A stretch of 63,824 bases of DNA, counting the filler, from Acidimicrobiia bacterium (lineage in GTDB: Bacteria; Actinomycetota; Acidimicrobiia; Spongiisociales; SHLN01): the NCBI GenBank assembly GCA_041619515.1. It is 4 parts of 4 records of this genome, joined end to end, with 100 filler letters (N's around TTAATTAATTAA, not from the genome) between each part and the next. Parts side by side here need not be neighbours in the genome. Positions count along the whole stretch, not along the records: positions 49,922 to 63,824 come from JBFKDW010000077.1; 3 more parts are not named here. One strand, 5' to 3'. The translations under genes were made by a program, and so were the position numbers. Position 1 is the stretch's first letter. Each line of letters starts with the position of its first letter. Shown here one piece after another: positions 58,343-63,824 of the stretch. The notes under the pieces are model-generated. The model saw only the letters and a list, made by a program, of their open reading frames with translations, was not told the DNA's origin and searched no databases.

Positions 58343-59929
58343 ATGGAAATCGGACTCCTGATCGCTGCCTTCCTCGTCGGGTTCGGGGCGAGTGCGGTCG
58401 GCCTGCCCCCGCTGGTCGGATATCTGGTGGCCGGCTTCGTCCTCCACGCTGTGGGCTTCGAGACCACCGAGACCATCGAGCTGATCTCCGAGGGCGGAGT
58501 GCTGCTGTTGCTGTTCGGGATAGGTTTGAAGCTCCGCCCGAGCTTTCTGGCCGGTCCGGAGGTGTGGGGACCGGCAAGCGCTTTCGCCGTCACTGCCACA
58601 CTGGCGACCGGCGGGCTTCTGCTCGGGCTGGGCGCATTGGGCCTCCCGCTGGCCAGCGAGCTCGGGGTGCGTTCCGCGCTCATCGTCGGGTTTGCCTTGT
58701 CGTTCTCGAGCACCGTGTTTGCGGTGAAGGCTCTCGAGGCCGCCAACGAAACGGCTTCGCTATCGGGACGGGTGGCGGTCGGAGTACTCATCATCCAGGA
58801 CATCTTCGCCGTCGGTTTTCTCGTGGCGGTGGATGGGGAGCTGCCTTCGCTGTGGGCGCTCGCAGTCGTCCCCGGGTTCCTCCTGCTGCGGCCGGTGGCC
58901 GGATGGCTCCTCGACCGCAGCGGACACGGAGAAATCCTCCTACTGCTCGGTTTCACGCTGTCACTGGGCGTCGGCGCCGGTGCGTTCGATGCGGTCGGCC
59001 TCAAGCCCGACCTGGGTGCCCTCGCGGCGGGGTTCTTGCTTTCGCGCCACCCGCGGGCGGGCGAGATGGCCGACCGGCTCCTGGCCTTCAAGGACATACT
59101 GCTGGTGGCGTTCTTCTTGTCGATCGGCCTGCAGGGAACCCCACCGGCGGCGGCGTGGGTCATCGGACTCCTGGCGCTCTCGCTGCTGCCGTTGCGCAGC
59201 CTCGGCCATTTCTGGCTCTTCACCCGCTTCCGGCTCCGCGTCCGAACCTCGGTGCACGCATCCCTCAACTTGTCGACCTACAGCGAGTTCGGCCTCATCG
59301 TGGCAACCGCGGCACTATCGGCCGACATTCTCGAACAGGCCTGGGTCTCCACCGTCGCGGTAGCGGTGGCAGGATCATTCGTCGTCGCGTCCGCCGCCGG
59401 CTCGTTCAGATATCAGCTCTACGACCGCTGGTCCCGTCATATCATCCGGTTCCAGCGCGAGCCCACGATCGAAGAGGACGCCATCGTCGACTGCAGCAGC
59501 GCCCGCATGCTCATATTCGGGATGGGGCGGGTGGGCACCGGCGCCTACGACGAGGTGCTGAACCGGCTGGGGCCGGTAGCGATCGGTGTCGACCGGGACG
59601 CCGAGGTCGTAGCGCGCCATCGGCAGGCCGGGCGAGCGGTCATCCACGGTGACCCGCTGGACCGGGATTTCTGGGACCGGGTGCGCTTCAGCCCCGATGT
59701 CGACCTGGTCGTCGCGTCGACCGACAGCCACGTCGCCAACCTGGCCGTCACGGCCCGGGTGGCCGAGTTCCTGCCGTCGGCCCGGACCGCAGCCATCGCC
59801 GGGTTTCCTGATCAGGTGGCCCAGCTCAGAGAGGCAGGAGTGGACGTCGCCCGCAATCTCTTCGAGGAAGCCGGGCAAGGTCTCGTCGACGACGCAATCG
59901 CCGTCATCTTCAAAGACGAAGCGGGGTGA
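58343..59929 (+). CDS. Cation:proton antiporter (CPA2, Kef-like) with TrkA-N domain
   Basis: GLPPLVGYL, LLLFGIGL, SFSST, QD, SEFG, GMGRVG. Confidence 0.88.
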   Translation: MEIGLLIAAFLVGFGASAVGLPPLVGYLVAGFVLHAVGFETTETIELISEGGVLLLLFGIGLKLRPSFLAGPEVWGPASAFAVTATLATGGLLLGLGALGLPLASELGVRSALIVGFALSFSSTVFAVKALEAANETASLSGRVAVGVLIIQDIFAVGFLVAVDGELPSLWALAVVPGFLLLRPVAGWLLDRSGHGEILLLLGFTLSLGVGAGAFDAVGLKPDLGALAAGFLLSRHPRAGEMADRLLAFKDILLVAFFLSIGLQGTPPAAAWVIGLLALSLLPLRSLGHFWLFTRFRLRVRTSVHASLNLSTYSEFGLIVATAALSADILEQAWVSTVAVAVAGSFVVASAAGSFRYQLYDRWSRHIIRFQREPTIEEDAIVDCSSARMLIFGMGRVGTGAYDEVLNRLGPVAIGVDRDAEVVARHRQAGRAVIHGDPLDRDFWDRVRFSPDVDLVVASTDSHVANLAVTARVAEFLPSARTAAIAGFPDQVAQLREAGVDVARNLFEEAGQGLVDDAIAVIFKDEAG

Positions 59930-59957
59930 GGGCTGATCAGGGCGGGGAGTCGAGTTG

Positions 59958-61160
59958 CTACGGCGGACTATTGGCCGCAGCCAGCCTTCCGAGCCGGTAG
60001 TCGTGATAGTGGCCGAGGTGCTCGAGTAGCCACCCGGCGTGATCCGGCCCGATCGGCGACCGGGCCGGCCGGTACCGGGAGCCCCACTGATCGAGAAAGA
60101 CCAGATCGGCATTCGGATTCCCGGCGAGTTTCCAGCCTTTGCGGTGGATCATGCGGTGATGGAAACCGCACAACTGGACGAGATTGTCGAGGTTGGTCGG
60201 CCCGCGGTTGGCTCAGTGAATGACATGATGAATCTGCGTCCAGCGGGTGCGCCCGCATCCCGGGAACCGGCAGCCCTTATCACGGTTCTCCACCAGCCGT
60301 CGCAGCCAGGGCGGGATCTTGCGGCTGGTCCGTCCGATCCCAACGGTGGCGCCCGTCGGGTCATCGATCGCCGGTTGCAGGCGGGGATCGCATGCCAGCC
60401 GCAGCAGCTCATCACGGTCGATGAGGTGTTTGCCGACCGTTCCAGAGGTGATGCCGGAGGCGACCTCGGCGGCGTCAAGGTGAACGACCAATGTTGCCCT
60501 GTCGTGATCGCGGTCCTCCGCCGTGCTCTCGGAGGCGATTTGCACGAGTGCTTCGGCATTGCGCAGGTCGGGGTCTGTGAACAGGCCGGTGGCCGGGTCG
60601 CGGGGAGCCTTGGACGCCAGTCGACGGAGGGCGGTTTCCACGAGCAGCCCGTCCACGCCGGGGATCTCACCGCGCAGTTTCAGGTGCGACTCGTCCTCGC
60701 TCCACCACATCTGCAGCCACGGATCAGACTCGGGCCTGGCACGCCGCCGTGACTCGAGGTCCAGCTCGCTGCGGATCGCCGCCGCCAGGTCGTCCGCCTG
60801 CGTCTCGCTGGTGATCGCCAGCAACGCGGCCTCATTGGCCGGGGTGGCGTGCCGGCACAGGATTCGCACCTCGTCGAAGGACACTTCGCCGGCACGAAAG
60901 GCCCTTCTCGTCAGAGGCAAGTCGACCAGGGCCCGCGCCACCCGCACCCAACTCCGGGCCGTCTTCGCTTCCAAGCCGAGGTCGAACTGCACCCAAGCGG
61001 CCATGTCGGTGACCGAGTTGGCGAAGCGAATCTCGTCGGTGTCCAGCTCGACGATGAGATCCAACAGGCCGCAAATGGCCCGATTGATGGTGGCATGCGA
61101 CCTGGCGAGGCGCAGTCCGTCCCACCTGCCGACTGTTGCTTCTGCTACCCGATTCGCCAT
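59958..61160 (-). pseudogene. DUF222/HNH protein with in-frame stop
   Basis: RDKGCRFPGC..HHVIH*ANRGPTNLDNLVQLCGFHH; TGA at 60213-60215 at the usual Trp position. Confidence 0.8.
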
Positions 61161-61172
61161 GCCTGCAACGTA

Positions 61173-61736
61173 TCACCCGCCTGTGACACGACCCGCAGGT
61201 CCGTCGCCCACCGGCAGCGTCATCGCCACATCATCGATCGACACGCCACCGATCCGAAACTGATCCACGAACGTGCCGATCTCGCGAAACCCCAGCCGCT
61301 CGTACAGCCGCCGAGCCGGCGCGTTGTGGGCGAACACGTATAGGTCCAGCCATTCGATGGAGGGGGCCTGCCGACAGAAATCGATCGCCACCTGCGTGAG
61401 CCTCGTGCCCAGCCCGGCGCCCCGATAGGCCCGCTCGATCCCAATCCCCAGCACGCAGCGATGCCGGCCGGCCCTCAGCTTGGAGCCTCGCAAGTCGACG
61501 TGGCCGACGATCTCACCCGGCTCGACGAAGGCGCCCCACCAGCGGTGCCAGCCGGGTTCGTCGAGCGGGCCATCCAATCGGGCGTCGCCCCATCCGGTGG
61601 GGCCGTCGGGATCATCAGGCTCGAACGGCATGAAGGGGCCGTCGGCCGCACCAGATTCTGCTCGATGGCGGGCGAAGTGGGCTTCGAAGGCCTTCCGGTG
61701 GTCTTCGGTCAGAGGCTCGATGCGAGGCTCGGGCAT
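61173..61736 (-). CDS. GNAT N-acetyltransferase
   Basis: LGIGIERAYRGAGLG, NAPARRLYERLGF. Confidence 0.85.
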   Translation of the reverse strand: MPEPRIEPLTEDHRKAFEAHFARHRAESGAADGPFMPFEPDDPDGPTGWGDARLDGPLDEPGWHRWWGAFVEPGEIVGHVDLRGSKLRAGRHRCVLGIGIERAYRGAGLGTRLTQVAIDFCRQAPSIEWLDLYVFAHNAPARRLYERLGFREIGTFVDQFRIGGVSIDDVAMTLPVGDGPAGRVTGG

Positions 61737-61737
61737 C

Positions 61738-63501
61738 TCACATGCGCTCCGGCACTTCGATGCCGAGAAGGTCGAGCAACAATACGAGCAGCGACAGGGC
61801 GAGGTCCACCAATCCCAGCCATGAAGCCTGCCGCGCCGGGTCCTCTTCTCGGAGAATGTGGCACGCCTCATAGAACCGGTTGAAGGCGGTGACCACGTCA
61901 TAGGCATATTCGGCCACGTGGTTGGGGGCCCGAAAGTCGACGGTCCGATCGAGGACCTCCGGGAATCGGGTCAGTTCCAGCATCAGCGATCGCTCGGCAG
62001 GTTCGCTCGGGGCAAGGATCGGGCCGGGGACCAGGTCGTCTTCCGCCGCCTTGCGGAGAATCGACTTGATCCGCACCGCCCCGTACAGCAGGTAGGGCCC
62101 GGTCTTTCCCTCGAACGAGGTGAACCGGTCGAGGTCGAAGGTGTAGTTGGATGTCCGGTTGTTCTGCAGGTCCCCATACTTGAGGGCGGCCAGCCCCACC
62201 GTTCCTGCGATGTCTCGCCGCTCCGGCTCCGGGTATTCGATGGCGAGCTCGGCTTCGTCGAGCCGCTTCATTGCCGCCTCCCGCACCAGCGCAATCAGGT
62301 CGTCGAGCCGCAGCACACCGCCGGCGCGCGTCTTGAACGGCTTCCCATCGGGCCCATTCATCGTGCCGAACGGAATGTGCTCGAGGACCATCGACCTGGG
62401 CGCCACGCCGGTCTTGTACGCGGCCCGGAACACCTGCTCGAAGTGGAGCGACTGGCGGGCATCGACCACGTAGAGGGCTTCCCCCACGCCCATCGCAACC
62501 CGGTTGTCGATGGTGGCGAGGTCCGTGGTCCCGTACAGGTACCCGCCGTCGGACTTCGTCAAGAGTAACGGCGGAACCTCCTTGGTGTCGTCCGGTTCGC
62601 CAACGTCGATGATGAGAGCCCCGGCATCCTCGAGAGCGGCACCGCCGCGAGTGATCCGCTCGAGCATGGGCGCCACCAGGTCATGAACCGTGCTCTCGCC
62701 ATGCCACAGGTCGAACGCTATGCCGAGCTGATCGAAATCGCGCTTCTGGGCGTCATGGGAGACGTCCCAAAAGTGCTGCCACAGCGCCCGGTAGCCGGGG
62801 CGGCCCTGCTGCAGTTCCAGGGTGGCCTGGCGGGCGCGCTCGGCCTCGGCCGGATCTGCCTTCGTCCGGGCCGCCACCGCCGGATACATCTCCTGCAGGT
62901 CGTTGAGGGTAAACGGCGGCTCCGCCGGGTACGGCCCCTCGAAACCGGGATCGAAATAGGGAAGGTCGGGCTTGCGGAGCTGAGCCTCGATGATCAGCTG
63001 ACCCATTTGCGTGCCCCAGTCGCCGAAATGGATATCGGAGACGACGTCGTATCCGGCAAATCGGAACACTCGCTGCAGCGCGTCCCCGATCAGTGAGGAT
63101 CGGAGGTGGCCGACGTGCATCGCCTTGGCGACGTTGGGGCCCCCGAAGTCGATGAGCACCTTTCCATCCAGGGAGCGAGGAGCGTGGCCGAAACGGGGGT
63201 CGCCGGCCAGCCCCGCCAACCTGGCTGCGATGTACGCGTCCGTGAGATCGATGTTGATGAACCCCGGCCCGGCAATCCCCAGACCCTCGAAGACATCCGG
63301 ATCCGCTACCGCTTCGATCACGTCCGCCGCGATATCCCGGGGAGCCCGGCCCGCCGCCTTGGCTGCGGCCAGGGCTCCGTTGCACTGGAACTGGGCGAGG
63401 TCGGGCCGGTCGGAGACGGTGACGACCCCGAGCAGCGGATCAAGCCCCAGCGACTCGAAGGCGGCGCTAAACCGCCCAGACAGGTCTGTGATCAGGGACA
63501 T
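61738..63501 (-). CDS. argS: Arginine--tRNA ligase
   Basis: AGPGFIN, PNVAKAMHVGHLRS, GDWGTQ, KTRAG, GKTGPYL. Confidence 0.96.
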   Translation of the reverse strand: MSLITDLSGRFSAAFESLGLDPLLGVVTVSDRPDLAQFQCNGALAAAKAAGRAPRDIAADVIEAVADPDVFEGLGIAGPGFINIDLTDAYIAARLAGLAGDPRFGHAPRSLDGKVLIDFGGPNVAKAMHVGHLRSSLIGDALQRVFRFAGYDVVSDIHFGDWGTQMGQLIIEAQLRKPDLPYFDPGFEGPYPAEPPFTLNDLQEMYPAVAARTKADPAEAERARQATLELQQGRPGYRALWQHFWDVSHDAQKRDFDQLGIAFDLWHGESTVHDLVAPMLERITRGGAALEDAGALIIDVGEPDDTKEVPPLLLTKSDGGYLYGTTDLATIDNRVAMGVGEALYVVDARQSLHFEQVFRAAYKTGVAPRSMVLEHIPFGTMNGPDGKPFKTRAGGVLRLDDLIALVREAAMKRLDEAELAIEYPEPERRDIAGTVGLAALKYGDLQNNRTSNYTFDLDRFTSFEGKTGPYLLYGAVRIKSILRKAAEDDLVPGPILAPSEPAERSLMLELTRFPEVLDRTVDFRAPNHVAEYAYDVVTAFNRFYEACHILREEDPARQASWLGLVDLALSLLVLLLDLLGIEVPERM

Positions 63502-63626
63502 GAGCAGGAGGATAGGAGCACCCACCCAACAGCCGTTCCCGGACAGGGTGGCAAGCCCGGCCTGCTCTGCCCGGCGACGGCCACTCCCCCTCCAGGGAGG
63601 AGAGAGGCCGCCTTCAATCGATGTGG

Positions 63627-63824
63627 TCAGCCGTCTCCGGCGTCTTCGGTCCGCTGGGGATGGATGCGGGTCGTGGTACCCACCAGCGACTCACCGGTTC
63701 CCGCCCCGTAGCGAACCTGGATCATCTCGGCCAGGATCGAGATCGCCGTTTCACCGGGCTGTTCGGCGCCGATGTCGAGACCGACCGGGCCATGGATGCG
63801 GCCGATGTGCTCGTCGGAGTACCC
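63627..63824 (-). CDS. XdhC family protein, C-terminal part (5' off window; absent from ORF track)
   Basis: Manual translation: [27 protein letters not shown]. Confidence 0.8.
   Translation of the reverse strand, partial: GYSDEHIGRIHGPVGLDIGAEQPGETAISILAEMIQVRYGAGTGESLVGTTTRIHPQRTEDAGDG

Noticed and set aside
60213..60215. In-frame TGA as a second selenocysteine or as evidence for a TGA-recoding genetic code
   Set aside because: It aligns with Trp rather than Cys, and many intact genes here end in TGA, so the code is standard.
63502..63626. tRNA-Arg, tRNA-Sec or T-box upstream of argS
   Set aside because: No cloverleaf, TTCGA arm or T-box motif seen; argS appears leaderless.

Overview
High-GC actinobacterial DNA, most likely an Acidimicrobiia-like MAG (inferred from gene content). 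It consists of four unrelated contigs (1-16779, 16880-33319, 33420-49821, 49922-63824) joined by artificial N/TTAATTAATTAA/N linkers, so adjacency across the linkers has no meaning. Most of it is housekeeping. Contig 1 holds the pgsA2-gcvH-FHA-MerR-DUF151-MerR-gcvT-ppgK cluster. Contig 2 holds a photolyase/nei cluster and metabolic genes. Contig 3 holds nrdJ with NrdR boxes, a LigD polymerase domain and rnhB. Contig 4 holds argS-lysA-hom-thrC-rho-rpmE. The best candidate for something new is 17196-17693. This is a lipoprotein of the DUF411/CopG copper-protein family in which an in-frame TGA replaces the first Cys of the CGCC motif, followed directly by a SECIS-like hairpin, making it a probable exported selenoprotein that the ORF track splits. 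Other signals are an unannotated Ala/Ile-rich leader peptide with a strong hairpin upstream of hom-thrC, a kinase-less regulator/Hpt/receiver phosphorelay locus flanked by a shared TTTACG repeat, a conserved gene with no canonical start codon, and a DnaA box next to the promoter of the Rv1830-like regulator. I found no CRISPR array, rRNA or tRNA. All calls come from motif recognition only; no database searches were run.
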